A stretch of 64,000 nucleotides of DNA from Patescibacteria group bacterium. GTDB lineage: Bacteria; Patescibacteriota; Dojkabacteria; GCA-002793355. The notes below the pieces were generated by a model. The model saw only the letters and a list, made by a program, of their open reading frames with translations, did no database searches and was not told where the DNA came from. The stretch covers positions 719,462-783,461 of the forward strand of contig BOKM01000001.1 in NCBI GenBank assembly GCA_016860985.1, given 5' to 3'. This document shows, piece by piece, positions 19,206 to 29,735 of the stretch; the stretch's first letter is position 1; every line of letters begins with the position of its first letter. The translations under genes and the position numbers were made by a program.

Positions 19206-19973
19206 ATGAAATCACTGCTCATGCTTTTATCTCAATTAGGTTTTGATGAAGCTCAGTCTCAGTTGTTCACTGAAATTGCTTCTACCGGACCGCTAACTGT
19301 TCTTGAGCTGTCACGGACAACCAACATTAAACGTACGACAGTCCATTTTCATGTAGAACAGCTTATCTCAAAGGGGTTGGTAACCGAAGGCGTACGCCGT
19401 GGAAGACGAGTACTTGTTGCTGTGAATACAGACCGCCTTGCTGAGATTGTCGAAGGGCATAAAATGCAGGTCGCCGCAATGGAAAAGTCTCTCGCACGTG
19501 TACTGCGCGATGCAACTGAAGCTGGAACGGGCGATCAGTCGTATGGTGTTGGGTTCGTGGTCGAAGATGGAGTTAATGCTTTAGAAAGAATATATAAAGA
19601 GGCGCTAGAAAGTGGTGAAGTTCTTTCATATCTTGATGTTGCAAAGCTTGATGGCCTACATGATATTCGAATGGAACACATTAACGATATTTCTCTCCGT
19701 TCCTCTTTGTATTCATTTAAGGAGCTCTTTTATGCTCGGGATCCAGGTCAGCCAGAATATGTGAAAAAATTAAAGGCGTACAAACCTTTTCAATGTATAC
19801 GTTCTTCTGTCAAATTATCTGGGAATGTCGTCAATATTCTAGTGTTCGAAAAAACAGTAGCTTTTATTGTCAGAGATACTGAATGGAAGGTCATTAGAGT
19901 AACCCAGGGCTTACTTGCTCCGTTTGTCGCAAATATGCTGGAATTGTGTATGAAACCTGTAGTGTCGAATTGA
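19206..19973 (+). CDS. TrmB-family transcriptional regulator
   Basis: LSQLGF...TVLELSRTTNIKRTTVHFHVEQLISKGLV wHTH. Confidence 0.85.
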   Translation: MKSLLMLLSQLGFDEAQSQLFTEIASTGPLTVLELSRTTNIKRTTVHFHVEQLISKGLVTEGVRRGRRVLVAVNTDRLAEIVEGHKMQVAAMEKSLARVLRDATEAGTGDQSYGVGFVVEDGVNALERIYKEALESGEVLSYLDVAKLDGLHDIRMEHINDISLRSSLYSFKELFYARDPGQPEYVKKLKAYKPFQCIRSSVKLSGNVVNILVFEKTVAFIVRDTEWKVIRVTQGLLAPFVANMLELCMKPVVSN

Positions 19974-20014
19974 AGAGGGCTGTAAAAAGTACGAAAAAGT
20001 GGTAGAATCCATTC

Positions 20015-21082
20015 ATGAAGCGTCTTTCGTTAAAACAGCTACTTGCCGGTGGCATTATTATATCTCTGAGCGTTGTAAGTATATTTGGTACTTCGTCAAT
20101 TCCTCAGTATAAAACAACAACATTACAGTCTGCAGTTGTAAAAAAAGAAGTTGATTTTACCTCCTATTGGTACCCCCAGGGGTATGCAAAAGTTGCGGTC
20201 GGTTCGTCATCTTTAGATGTAAAGCACGTTAAGGTAAAAGAAGGGGATTCGGTCGACAAAGGTGAAGTGCTTGTGCAGCTTGTTGATGATACAGAATACA
20301 ATCAGTATAAAGCGGCTCAGGCTTCATATTATGCGGCAATTAAAGCGAAAAAGAATGCCGAAGCAACCCCAATGACACCACAATCAACGATTGATACTTT
20401 ACAAGGGCAGATAAATAGTGCTTACTACCAAGTCAAGAATGCAGAGGTAAACCTCAATAGAAAAAAAGTTAAGTCCCCAATCACCGGAAAAGTAGTAGAA
20501 ATCGATATTACGGATTATTCAACAACGACAACCAGTGCATTATCTGCCTCTGTGAGTACATTGGGCAATTATATTGTGATTGCAAATGTGAAAGATGCTT
20601 CTTTTACCGCAACAGTAGGGGAACGAGATGTCGCAAAACTGAAAACTGGCATGGAAGTATCAATAACTACAAGAGTGTCTGAGAATGTGTATCGTGCAAA
20701 AATTGTAAAGATTTCGAAATCACCAGTTACTTCAACAACTGCAGATGCAGAATATCAAATTGTTGTTAAGTTTGATACGTACCCATCAGAGCTTGCCTAC
20801 GGAACCAAACTTGAAGGTGCAATTATTACAGCCAACAAAGAAGGTGCGTCAGCTGTTCAATACGATGCGCTTACAATCGACTCAGCCACAACGGGGTCTG
20901 TTTTAATTCTTAATAACGATCAAGTAACACCACGGAATGTCACTATCGGAGTGGTCGGTGACGATTCAGTTGAAGTACTTAGCGGTATTAACGAAAATGA
21001 ACAAATTGTGATTGATCAACTTCCAGATAAAAAAGTAATTACAGTGAGACCATGGCTGAAAAAGCTCTTCGGAAGCAAGTAA
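20015..21082 (+). CDS. Efflux periplasmic adaptor (MacA/HlyD-like)
   Basis: VKVKEGDSVDKGEVLVQL, SPITGKV, VEVLSG. Confidence 0.9.
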   Translation: MKRLSLKQLLAGGIIISLSVVSIFGTSSIPQYKTTTLQSAVVKKEVDFTSYWYPQGYAKVAVGSSSLDVKHVKVKEGDSVDKGEVLVQLVDDTEYNQYKAAQASYYAAIKAKKNAEATPMTPQSTIDTLQGQINSAYYQVKNAEVNLNRKKVKSPITGKVVEIDITDYSTTTTSALSASVSTLGNYIVIANVKDASFTATVGERDVAKLKTGMEVSITTRVSENVYRAKIVKISKSPVTSTTADAEYQIVVKFDTYPSELAYGTKLEGAIITANKEGASAVQYDALTIDSATTGSVLILNNDQVTPRNVTIGVVGDDSVEVLSGINENEQIVIDQLPDKKVITVRPWLKKLFGSK

Positions 21083-21732
21083 TCAAAATTGAGCACCTGC
21101 ATAAATGGTACCGGAACGATGGATTGGAGTTTCATGCGCTTGATGATGTTTCTTTGCAGATCGATAAGGGCGAATTCGTTGCTATTGTAGGCCCTTCGGG
21201 AAGTGGAAAATCAACACTCATGAATGTTATCGGATGTTTAGACAGATACGAACAGGGCAACTACTTTCTTGCAGGGCAAGACGTCGCAAAACTTTCTGAT
21301 ACTGAACTTGCGCACTATCGTGGCAAGGTAATTGGTTTTGTATTCCAGTCCTTTAATTTGCTAGAAAGGTATACTGTTCTGGACAACGTAATGCTTCCTT
21401 CCTTTTACGTTCCTGTCGAAAATGCAAGAAAGCACGCGATGGAATTACTTGAAATGCTCGATATTGCAGATAAGGCTTTAAATCTTCCTTCGCAAATCTC
21501 AGGTGGACAAAAACAGCGAGTCGCAATTGCTCGTGCACTAATGACAGACCCAGAACTTATTCTTGCCGACGAGCCTACTGGTAACCTAGATTCTAAAACA
21601 GGAAAGGTTGTGCTTGAAATTTTTGAAAAACTACACCACATGGGAAAGACCCTTGTGCTGATTACACACGACGCGAATATTGCGGAATACGCTCATAGAC
21701 AGATTAAGATTCTTGACGGAAAAATAGCATGA
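21052..21732 (+). CDS. ABC ATP-binding protein (MacB/LolD type)
   Basis: [34 protein letters not shown]. Confidence 0.95.
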   Translation: MAEKALRKQVIKIEHLHKWYRNDGLEFHALDDVSLQIDKGEFVAIVGPSGSGKSTLMNVIGCLDRYEQGNYFLAGQDVAKLSDTELAHYRGKVIGFVFQSFNLLERYTVLDNVMLPSFYVPVENARKHAMELLEMLDIADKALNLPSQISGGQKQRVAIARALMTDPELILADEPTGNLDSKTGKVVLEIFEKLHHMGKTLVLITHDANIAEYAHRQIKILDGKIA

Positions 21733-22949
21733 TTACAAAATTTGTAAAAGGCGCACTCCGTGATGTATTAGTTAATAAAGTACGATCTTTTTTGACCGTA
21801 CTCGGTATACTTATCGGCATTGCAAGTGTCACGATGATGGTAAGCATCGGTGGAAGTGCACAAGAATATATCAGCCAGAGCATTACCAGTCGGTTAGGAA
21901 AAAATCTGATTATCGTGCAACCTGGAGGGCAGAGCAATGGGAGAGGTGGAGTGAGTTTTAATTTTAGTTCAGTTCTTTCAAGCTTTACCGACGATGAATA
22001 CAATGCAGTTAAAAAGCTTGACTCGGAACAACTTGATTACGTTTCTCGTCGTTTGATTGCTTCACAAAGTGTGAGCTATGCGGGTGCAGAAGCGGACTCC
22101 TTGCTTTACGCAGTTGATCCCGAATATTTTAAAATTGTAGATATTCCTTTGGCCTCTGGTCGATATTTTCGAATTGCGGGCGACAACAACCAAGAGGTAA
22201 TTCTGGGGCAAGGTTTAGCAAAAAAGTTATTCAAATTACAAAGTCCACTTAATCGGCAAATTTCAATAGACGGAAGAGATTTCACCGTAATTGGTGTAGT
22301 CGAAGATGTCGCAGGAGCAGCGTTTGGATCGGAAACACTTGAGGTTTATATGGATATTCGAACATATAGAAATGCATTTAATAAACCTGAACGTGTAAAT
22401 GCGGTGGTTATTGCTGCAAATAACAATGCCTCAATGGACTTGGTCGAGAAGCAACTGGAGCGTGCGCTCAGAAATGCGAGAGACTTAGCACCATCAGAAG
22501 ATGCCGATTTTTCAATTACAACACAATCAGATATTATTGAAACTTCAACAACAATTCTTGGAACTGTAACTCTCTTTATCGCCGTTATTTCTGCCATCTC
22601 ACTTATTGTTGGAGGTATTGGTGTCATGAATATTATGTTGGTTTCAGTAAAAGAAAGAGTTAAGGAGATAGGTCTTAGAAAGGCGATTGGAGCAACAAAT
22701 CAGGATATACAAACGCAAATTTTAGTAGAAGCAGTACTTTTCTCTCTAATTGGTGGTTTGTTGGGAATTCTTGTTGGAGCTGCAGGAGCTTTGTTAATAG
22801 AACAAGTTGGCGGACTTCCGTTATATATTTCAACAAACGCTATTTTGACATCAATCGGAGTATCGTCTTTTGTTGGTATTGTTTTTGGATTGTATCCTGC
22901 AATTCAGGCGGGTAGGTTATCACCGATTGAGGCGTTAAGGAGTAATTAA
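21729..22949 (+). CDS. ABC permease (MacB/FtsX type)
   Basis: RSFLTVLGILIG, GGIGVMNIMLVSVKER..EIG, PIEALR. Confidence 0.95.
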   Translation: MITKFVKGALRDVLVNKVRSFLTVLGILIGIASVTMMVSIGGSAQEYISQSITSRLGKNLIIVQPGGQSNGRGGVSFNFSSVLSSFTDDEYNAVKKLDSEQLDYVSRRLIASQSVSYAGAEADSLLYAVDPEYFKIVDIPLASGRYFRIAGDNNQEVILGQGLAKKLFKLQSPLNRQISIDGRDFTVIGVVEDVAGAAFGSETLEVYMDIRTYRNAFNKPERVNAVVIAANNNASMDLVEKQLERALRNARDLAPSEDADFSITTQSDIIETSTTILGTVTLFIAVISAISLIVGGIGVMNIMLVSVKERVKEIGLRKAIGATNQDIQTQILVEAVLFSLIGGLLGILVGAAGALLIEQVGGLPLYISTNAILTSIGVSSFVGIVFGLYPAIQAGRLSPIEALRSN

Positions 22950-23010
22950 ATCTTCATCATTTGTGTTTTTGTTGTCTTGCGTCGATAGATTTGTAGGTAT
23001 ACGATTGTGT

Positions 23011-23913
23011 ATGGCAGAAAATACACAACATTTTCCTGAAAAGAAATACGCGGCCTTCGCTTTTGTTGGCGGAATGGTCGTTATTGGAGTACTTTGGTTT
23101 GGCAGTTCACTCGTATTGCCAGCAACTAGTTACCGAAACTACAGCGAAAGCAGTGGTGGGTTTTATTCAGCAATGGGAAACGTTGCTTATGATACGGTCA
23201 AAATGGCAGCTCCTGTATCTGAGGTCGTAGGAAATATGACCCAAGATCGCAAAGTGACCAATAACTATGTGAGTGTTCATGTTAAAAGTGTAAAAGATTT
23301 TCATAATACTATTACGATGTTTGTTGATTCGGTCGAAGGAAAGGTTATGAATGAATATGTAACTGTTTCTTCAGATGATCAGGCAGAATCGGGAACCATG
23401 ACTGTACTTGTTCCAAACAAAAACTCGCAGCAATTTTTTGAAGCTGCAGCAAAGGCCGCCATAAAGATTGTTGATAGGCAGGTCAATTCTTACGAAATTT
23501 CTCAAGAATATACCGACCTAGGTAGAAAGCTAGCCCAATACGAAGCAACGTACGAAAAGGTACTCAAGTACTATGACAAGGCCGTTTCTGTCGAAGAATT
23601 ACTAAAAGTACAAAATCAACTCGATCAGTTGCAACAGCAAATAGACTCTGTAAAGGGCCGAAAAATGGCTTTAGAAGAGCTCTCGAATAATACGCAATAC
23701 ACCCTCTACTCGAGCACGAATGAATACAATTTGCCATATGTTCCTCAAGGAACGTTCGAAGTCGCAAAAACCTTTAAGTTGGCTGTTCGGTCGTTAGTAC
23801 TAACGGCAGACAAAGTAGTTGCCGGAGCTATTTACGTATTGGTGTATGTACCATTTATACTCGTTCTTGGTGGAATTGCACTACTCGTAAAGAAGTATCT
23901 TGTAAAAAGATAA
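23011..23913 (+). CDS. DUF4349-like membrane protein
   Basis: N- and C-terminal TM, EYTDL..L coiled coil, ELLKVQNQL. Confidence 0.7.
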   Translation: MAENTQHFPEKKYAAFAFVGGMVVIGVLWFGSSLVLPATSYRNYSESSGGFYSAMGNVAYDTVKMAAPVSEVVGNMTQDRKVTNNYVSVHVKSVKDFHNTITMFVDSVEGKVMNEYVTVSSDDQAESGTMTVLVPNKNSQQFFEAAAKAAIKIVDRQVNSYEISQEYTDLGRKLAQYEATYEKVLKYYDKAVSVEELLKVQNQLDQLQQQIDSVKGRKMALEELSNNTQYTLYSSTNEYNLPYVPQGTFEVAKTFKLAVRSLVLTADKVVAGAIYVLVYVPFILVLGGIALLVKKYLVKR

Positions 23914-23920
23914 TCAGCAA

Positions 23921-24283
23921 TTATGTTTCTGTGGGCTCGGTCTCTGATGCTGGAATCTGTTTGCCGATAAGCTCAAAAACTGTTTGCTGTAACAACTGTG
24001 GCTCTTGAATGCCCATGTATTGCTTTGCAATCTGTTCTTTGTAGAAAATCAGGGTAGTGGGGATGGTAATTATGCTAAAACGCTCAGTGAGTTCTTTTTC
24101 TACATCAATATCAACAAAGCCGAATATTGCATCCTCACCACAAAGTTCAACTGCGTCGACGATTCGATCACGATACATAAGGCAGGCGACACTCCAGGGG
24201 GCTTCGAATACAACTACGACTGGTTTTTCGGTCTGATGTATTGCTTGTTCAAACCCTTCGTTTGTAAATGCTTGTGGTTCCAT
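23921..24283 (-). CDS. Thioredoxin-fold protein with atypical WSVAC site
   Basis: PVVVVFEAPWSVAC, VDID, IPT cis-Pro motif. Confidence 0.85.
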   Translation of the reverse strand: MEPQAFTNEGFEQAIHQTEKPVVVVFEAPWSVACLMYRDRIVDAVELCGEDAIFGFVDIDVEKELTERFSIITIPTTLIFYKEQIAKQYMGIQEPQLLQQTVFELIGKQIPASETEPTET

Positions 24284-24329
24284 ATTTAATACTAGTGATT
24301 TTTATGCCGCCTGTCTAGTATACTGTACG

Positions 24330-25550
24330 ATGCAGCGCGCGCGACGATTTGGAAAACCTCAAACAAAGAATGTGTGGACTCCACAGAAAAACGTTGATCT
24401 TAGGGGATTGCGGTCTACAGCGAACTTTGCACGAGAACGTGGAGCAAAAATAGCGGCAACAAAGGCAGCACGTTTTTTTAAAGCGCTAGTAGTTGTAGTC
24501 GTTGTCGGAGTACTTTTTATAGGAGCAATTGGGTTTGCCGGTATGATTGCGTACTCAATAAAAAGTGGCGAGGAGTTGAACTTAAAAAAACAATTTACCG
24601 AATTGGTAAAAAAAACACCGTTGAGATCATTCTTAGGTGAGCAGCCTTCAGAGCAACAGTCACTTCAGGTTATTGGTTTGCAGAATATACCTGAATATCC
24701 CGAAAGCACCTTTGTTTTTGCGGATTATGTCGAAAGAATAGGAAGTGATGGATATCAGATTAAGGAAAAAGTTTTGTCGGCAAACGACGCTCAAGCGCTT
24801 TACACATTTCTTGCAAGTGGGCAGAGTGTATATAGGTTGCCCTTGAACGCTGAGTGGGAAGATATCCAAAGCTTTTATCGAGCTAAATTGTCCGAATTAG
24901 GATGGAAGACAGAACGTTCTGTGGCAGTTTCAGAAACAGAATATATTCCTGGTGACTATTACACAAAAGATGGAAAAGGGTTGCATGTGTATTCGGTCGC
25001 TTCTGATATATGGTATGAGGTTATTACTCAAGCGCAGGCGGAACAAGGTCTGCACGATAAAATCGTTGCGTATAAGGCAAAACAGGAACTTGTTGCTGCA
25101 GCTTCTGGTAAAGACCTGCCTGTTTCGGCAGAATGGCAACTTCGGTACTCAAGGGATTGGGAGGTCGAGTTGCAAAAAAATCCAATTTTTGGTGTAAACA
25201 ATGTCATCTTTACACATGATTCATCAAAAGAGAGGTTATTCATGTTGGTCGTAGATAGATACCGTGAGAATGTTGCGGATATCACCTATAAACAGCTAGA
25301 AACCTATGGGGTTAACTATATTTCAACCTGGCTTACAACGCAGCAAACAACTGTAACATTGCAAGGTTTTACCCGCACCGAACGTGAAGTGGCCAGCATA
25401 AAGGCGATGGAGTTTAGTGACGTTAAACAATCTGCGCACTTTCTAGTACTTGTGAATCCCAAGAACAGTATGGTGTATGTATTTCAATACATTGGAAAAG
25501 AGAACCCAGAGTTTTTTGAATATGTGAAGGGAAACCTAAAAATCAGGTAA
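24330..25550 (+). CDS. Hypothetical single-pass membrane protein
   Basis: 406 aa ORF, one TM, leaderless-type promoter. Confidence 0.75.
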   Translation: MQRARRFGKPQTKNVWTPQKNVDLRGLRSTANFARERGAKIAATKAARFFKALVVVVVVGVLFIGAIGFAGMIAYSIKSGEELNLKKQFTELVKKTPLRSFLGEQPSEQQSLQVIGLQNIPEYPESTFVFADYVERIGSDGYQIKEKVLSANDAQALYTFLASGQSVYRLPLNAEWEDIQSFYRAKLSELGWKTERSVAVSETEYIPGDYYTKDGKGLHVYSVASDIWYEVITQAQAEQGLHDKIVAYKAKQELVAAASGKDLPVSAEWQLRYSRDWEVELQKNPIFGVNNVIFTHDSSKERLFMLVVDRYRENVADITYKQLETYGVNYISTWLTTQQTTVTLQGFTRTEREVASIKAMEFSDVKQSAHFLVLVNPKNSMVYVFQYIGKENPEFFEYVKGNLKIR

Positions 25551-25553
25551 ATG

Positions 25554-25961
25554 CTATTCTTTTTCAGCTGTAATCTCTTGGTACGCTTTTTTATCTCCGT
25601 ATTCTAAAAAGGATTCGTGATGAGTGGGAGCTTTAAAAGAAGCATCCGACTTATGCTTGATGCTGCACCAATATTTTTCAGTCTCTGCTGCGACTTGAAC
25701 TGCATAAGCGAATAAGCCATTGACGTATCCGCAATACATGCAGTTAAGCTTCTCCATAAATGTAAGATACTCGAGTTTTTGTCGGTCGATTCTTATGTAA
25801 TTTTTTCGTTTTACGTATGCGATACCATATAGTGGGAAGCAAATTGTGTGATATACCTCCAAGGTTAGGTCGAGCACTAGCGCGGGGAGAATCATGCCAT
25901 AGATAAAAGGCATTGAGAGTAAGTGGCGAATTTTTCTTTCAGGATAAAGTTTGAATTTCAT
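25554..25961 (-). CDS. Conserved hypothetical Cys-containing protein
   Basis: ICFPLYGI, KLNCMYCGY.NG, TEKYWC.IKH. Confidence 0.75.
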   Translation of the reverse strand: MKFKLYPERKIRHLLSMPFIYGMILPALVLDLTLEVYHTICFPLYGIAYVKRKNYIRIDRQKLEYLTFMEKLNCMYCGYVNGLFAYAVQVAAETEKYWCSIKHKSDASFKAPTHHESFLEYGDKKAYQEITAEKE

Positions 25962-26041
25962 AATACGCACATTCTAACAGTGAATATAAAATAAGCAACA
26001 CGGACATATGACGTGTAAGTGCGGGTAGTGTAGAATGAATA

Positions 26042-27589
26042 ATGCGACGAGTACCAGGCCCCGTGGTCCTACTAATATTAGATGGTGTTGCAAGCAACGA
26101 ACCTTACAGTGGTAATGCTGTTGCAGCTGCACGAACTCCTTTTCTTGAAAGTTTGTGGGATTCATACCCTCATGGGCTTTTGCACGCCTCTGCAGAGCAT
26201 GTTGGCTTACCTGTTAATGTCAAAGGGAATAGTGAGGTAGGTCACACGAATATTGGCGCAGGGCAGGTTGTATACCAATATCTTCCTCGAATTAACGCAG
26301 CTATCGAAAAAGGAGCTTTCTTTATGAACGATGCCTTAAAGCAAGTTGTCGAACAAACTAAAGTTAAAGGTACCTCGTTGCATATTATCGGATGTTTAAG
26401 TGATGGCAATGTTCATACTGCACTTGGGCATTTTAGGGCGATGTTGGAGTTTTGTTCCAAGCATGGTTTAAGAAAAGTTTTCGTCCACGCATCGACAGAT
26501 GGTCGTGATACTGAGCCAAAGGCTGCTTCAAAATATTTTGAACAATTAGATCAATGGCTTAAGGAACTTGGCGTAGGAAAACTAGCAACAGTGATCGGTC
26601 GACAGTATTCAATGGATAGAAATAAAACATGGGTAAGAACCAAAAAAGCGTACGATATGTTAACTCAGCATGAAGGTACCCCCATTGCACATTGGAGCGA
26701 AGCTCTCGCAAAATCTTATGCACAAAATATAACCGATGAATTTTTAGAGCCGTATATTCTAAACGACAGCGAAGTGCAAGCAGATGGGTTTATTAAAGAT
26801 GGTGATGGGGTAGTGTTCTTGAACTATCGACCTGACCGTGCGCTGCAGCTTACACAAGCGTTTGTATTGGAGGATTTTGTAGGATTTGAGCGAGTAAAAA
26901 AGCCAAAAGATTTATCGTTTGCAACAATGGTTAGGTACCAAAAAGATTTACCTACAAAAATTGCATTCCCTCCTATGGATGTAAAAATGCCACTTGGTCG
27001 AGTCGTTTCTATGGCCGGTATGCGACAACTCCGACTAACCGAGTCACAAAAATTTCCTCATGTAACGTATTTCATTAACGGTGGCGTTAATACTGTTTAC
27101 CCTGGAGAAATGCGAGTTTGTATTCCCTCACCCGATGTTCCTACATTTGATATGAAGCCTGAAATGAGTATTTACGAAATAACCGAAACATTTAAAAAGA
27201 ACCTTGATTACGGTATTTATGATTTATTCATTATGAACTTTGCAAACGGCGATATGGTTGGTCATAGTGGAGTTTTTGATGCAGGAGTTAAGGCAGTGGA
27301 GCATGTTGATACATGCGCAGCTCAAGTAGTTAAGCAGGTACTTGCACGCAATGGAGCGGTATTTGTGACTGCCGATCACGGTAACGTAGACGAAATGACC
27401 AACGAGACCACAGGCGAAATTGATACGGAGCACTCGATATATCCTGTGCCTTTTGTCAGCGTGTACAAAGGCGCAAAAAATAACTATCAGTTTCCGTTAG
27501 GTAGCCTGCAAGATATCGCCCCAACAGTATTAGATTTTCTTGGGTTAGAAATTCCATCCGATATGACAGGGAGAGTGTTAATTGATTAG
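26042..27589 (+). CDS. gpmI: 2,3-bisphosphoglycerate-independent phosphoglycerate mutase
   Basis: LLILDG, GNSEVGH, NYRPDRA, DMVGHSG, TADHGN. Confidence 0.97.
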   Translation: MRRVPGPVVLLILDGVASNEPYSGNAVAAARTPFLESLWDSYPHGLLHASAEHVGLPVNVKGNSEVGHTNIGAGQVVYQYLPRINAAIEKGAFFMNDALKQVVEQTKVKGTSLHIIGCLSDGNVHTALGHFRAMLEFCSKHGLRKVFVHASTDGRDTEPKAASKYFEQLDQWLKELGVGKLATVIGRQYSMDRNKTWVRTKKAYDMLTQHEGTPIAHWSEALAKSYAQNITDEFLEPYILNDSEVQADGFIKDGDGVVFLNYRPDRALQLTQAFVLEDFVGFERVKKPKDLSFATMVRYQKDLPTKIAFPPMDVKMPLGRVVSMAGMRQLRLTESQKFPHVTYFINGGVNTVYPGEMRVCIPSPDVPTFDMKPEMSIYEITETFKKNLDYGIYDLFIMNFANGDMVGHSGVFDAGVKAVEHVDTCAAQVVKQVLARNGAVFVTADHGNVDEMTNETTGEIDTEHSIYPVPFVSVYKGAKNNYQFPLGSLQDIAPTVLDFLGLEIPSDMTGRVLID

Positions 27590-27637
27590 TTGGTCGTGTA
27601 TGATGGTTTGGATGTTTAAATTTTGTTATAATTCGGG

Positions 27638-28255
27638 ATGTTATTACACCGTCAGGTGCAGCGTAAGAGAATACAACGGCTGGTGCTTTCAACGGTAATT
27701 GTAGGTTTCATCTTTTTTTCAGTTTTTGGATATGGGCTCTATAAATGGACAAATGAGCAGGGCGAAGAGCATGTACAAATGTTGCAAACAATGGCACTTT
27801 ACACAAATGTAATTGCCACTGAATCTGAAATCGTTATTCCTGATAAATACGACGTTACGGTCGCCGATCCTCGAAAAACAGAGTTGTTTTTAAAAAAGGT
27901 CGCAGCAGTTAAGTCTTTTTTTAAGAAGTACGGCGCTCCTTTACAAAAAAATGCTGAAGATTTTGTTCGAGCTGCGGATATGTACGGGATAGATTATCGC
28001 TTGGTTCCTTCTATTTCGATGATAGAGTCAAGTGGTGGAAAGGTCCTGTTTAGGCCGTATAATCCCTTTGGATGGGGGAGATCAGGGTATCCTTCGTTTA
28101 CTGCCGCCATTTATGATGTATCAAGAGGAATGTCTCGATATTACGCTGGAGGTCTCAAACAATGTGAGCGAATTGCGTACCGCTATAATCCGGTTACCCC
28201 AGAATCGTGGGGGAGAAAATGCCGCTCTTTCACGAACCAGATGCCTGCGCTATAA
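27638..28255 (+). CDS. Membrane-anchored lysozyme/glucosaminidase-like protein
   Basis: DYRLVPSISMIESSGG, NPFGWG, YN motifs. Confidence 0.7.
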   Translation: MLLHRQVQRKRIQRLVLSTVIVGFIFFSVFGYGLYKWTNEQGEEHVQMLQTMALYTNVIATESEIVIPDKYDVTVADPRKTELFLKKVAAVKSFFKKYGAPLQKNAEDFVRAADMYGIDYRLVPSISMIESSGGKVLFRPYNPFGWGRSGYPSFTAAIYDVSRGMSRYYAGGLKQCERIAYRYNPVTPESWGRKCRSFTNQMPAL

Positions 28256-28261
28256 TGGGGA

Positions 28262-29098
28262 ATGGAATTTGCAACACTTCTACAAAAAAGAATTGCGATT
28301 GTCGCAATATTAGGTATTAGCGCATTTATTGGCTTGGCCTGGACCGTCGGTGATGGTGTAGTGGAATATGCCTCCTGGTATGTTCGACCCGAAGGCGGCA
28401 CACAAGTGCTCGGTGAAAAAACGGAATCCCCAGCCAGTTGTCTTCCGAAAGAAACGATGGAGCAGTTTTTTATAGATACGCAAAAAACAATTACTTTATA
28501 TTCACCCGATAAAACAGTAATTTTTCCGCTAGATTCTTTAAAGTCCTGTTATGTTGCAAAAGGATGTGGGACCGAAGGGTTTACATGTAAAGAGGGAACA
28601 ATCTCACTCGATTCGGCATGTGTAGCAGCTTTTTTCAAAAAAGCACCTCTCGGAGTAGAACAAACCAAATTGGTTGCAGGAGAAACTGTAGTTGCTCAGG
28701 TTAAGGTACAAGATTGGTCGGTAAATTACGATAATCTTGCAGAACAGTTAACAAAAGCGATTGAAAATGAGATTAAATATTGCCAAGTAATAAAAGAGGA
28801 AGAGCAAACGAGACAAAATATCGGTAACTTACAATTGGTGGTTTCAGATGAACTTCCTGGTATGGTTGGTGGCGATTTTACACTACGCTTTTTAGAAGTG
28901 GATATTTCGAAAGGAAAGGGGTATTTTTGGAACGACGGAGTGTATCAGGTACTCTCAACTATTCCTGGAGCGCGCTTGCCAAAAGAAGGTATCTATACCG
29001 TTTCGTCACTTGAGCTTTCCAAATACTTTAGTAGCGCGGACCTTTCTTACATTAACCGAAACGCGCAAGGAAGCGATTACGTAGTTGTCCACAAATAG
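28262..29098 (+). CDS. Hypothetical exported protein (possible degenerate PG-binding/L,D-transpeptidase-like)
   Basis: N-terminal TM, QVLG motif, RFLEVDISK resembling a YkuD start, no HxxC motif. Confidence 0.5.
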   Translation: MEFATLLQKRIAIVAILGISAFIGLAWTVGDGVVEYASWYVRPEGGTQVLGEKTESPASCLPKETMEQFFIDTQKTITLYSPDKTVIFPLDSLKSCYVAKGCGTEGFTCKEGTISLDSACVAAFFKKAPLGVEQTKLVAGETVVAQVKVQDWSVNYDNLAEQLTKAIENEIKYCQVIKEEEQTRQNIGNLQLVVSDELPGMVGGDFTLRFLEVDISKGKGYFWNDGVYQVLSTIPGARLPKEGIYTVSSLELSKYFSSADLSYINRNAQGSDYVVVHK

Positions 29099-29134
29099 CA
29101 TTTACGGGAATCGAGCGTAGTCACGCAAGGAATT

Positions 29135-29734
29135 CTAGAGCTTTGTCAGTACTTTTTGCCCAACAGTAATTCCGTTTTGTTGCGCACTTTTTGCGTTAAT
29201 TTCGAGCACGCTTCGGTATGGTTTTGAAGGAACATAGGTAGGGCAGGTACGTTGCTCAGGATCACTTTCTTTACAGGGGCGAACGTTTTCACGGATATCG
29301 ATAATAACGCCATTAGAATCTATAAAAAGCATGTCGAGTGGTATTTCACAATTCTTCATCCAGAAGCCATGGAAAACGTCTTGATCGTAAACAAAATACA
29401 TGCCGCTATATTGAGGAAGTGACGTTCTATACATAAGTCCGACCGCTTGCGAAGTCTGGTCTGCTGCAATTTCTGCAGTAAAGGTTATATCACCTTTTTC
29501 TGTTTGAATTGTGACTTTTGTTGATTCTGGGAGCGTTGGAACAATGGTCGTTGTTGGTGTTCCTGTAAACGAAGGAATAGCAGGGAGGGTAATACTTGGG
29601 AGTAGAGCTCCGATTGGTGAATTTTTTACTGTTTGATATTGGGTAACGACTGCATAAGCCAATGCAAGAACAAGTACAAGCGAGATGATCCAACGGGCAT
29701 TTTTGAGTAACGCAAAAAATAGTTTGAATAACAT
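29135..29734 (-). CDS. DUF192-family protein
   Basis: GLMYR..L, GMYFVY, FWMKN.EIPLDMLFID, VLEINA. Confidence 0.9.
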   Translation of the reverse strand: MLFKLFFALLKNARWIISLVLVLALAYAVVTQYQTVKNSPIGALLPSITLPAIPSFTGTPTTTIVPTLPESTKVTIQTEKGDITFTAEIAADQTSQAVGLMYRTSLPQYSGMYFVYDQDVFHGFWMKNCEIPLDMLFIDSNGVIIDIRENVRPCKESDPEQRTCPTYVPSKPYRSVLEINAKSAQQNGITVGQKVLTKL

Positions 29735-29735
29735 G

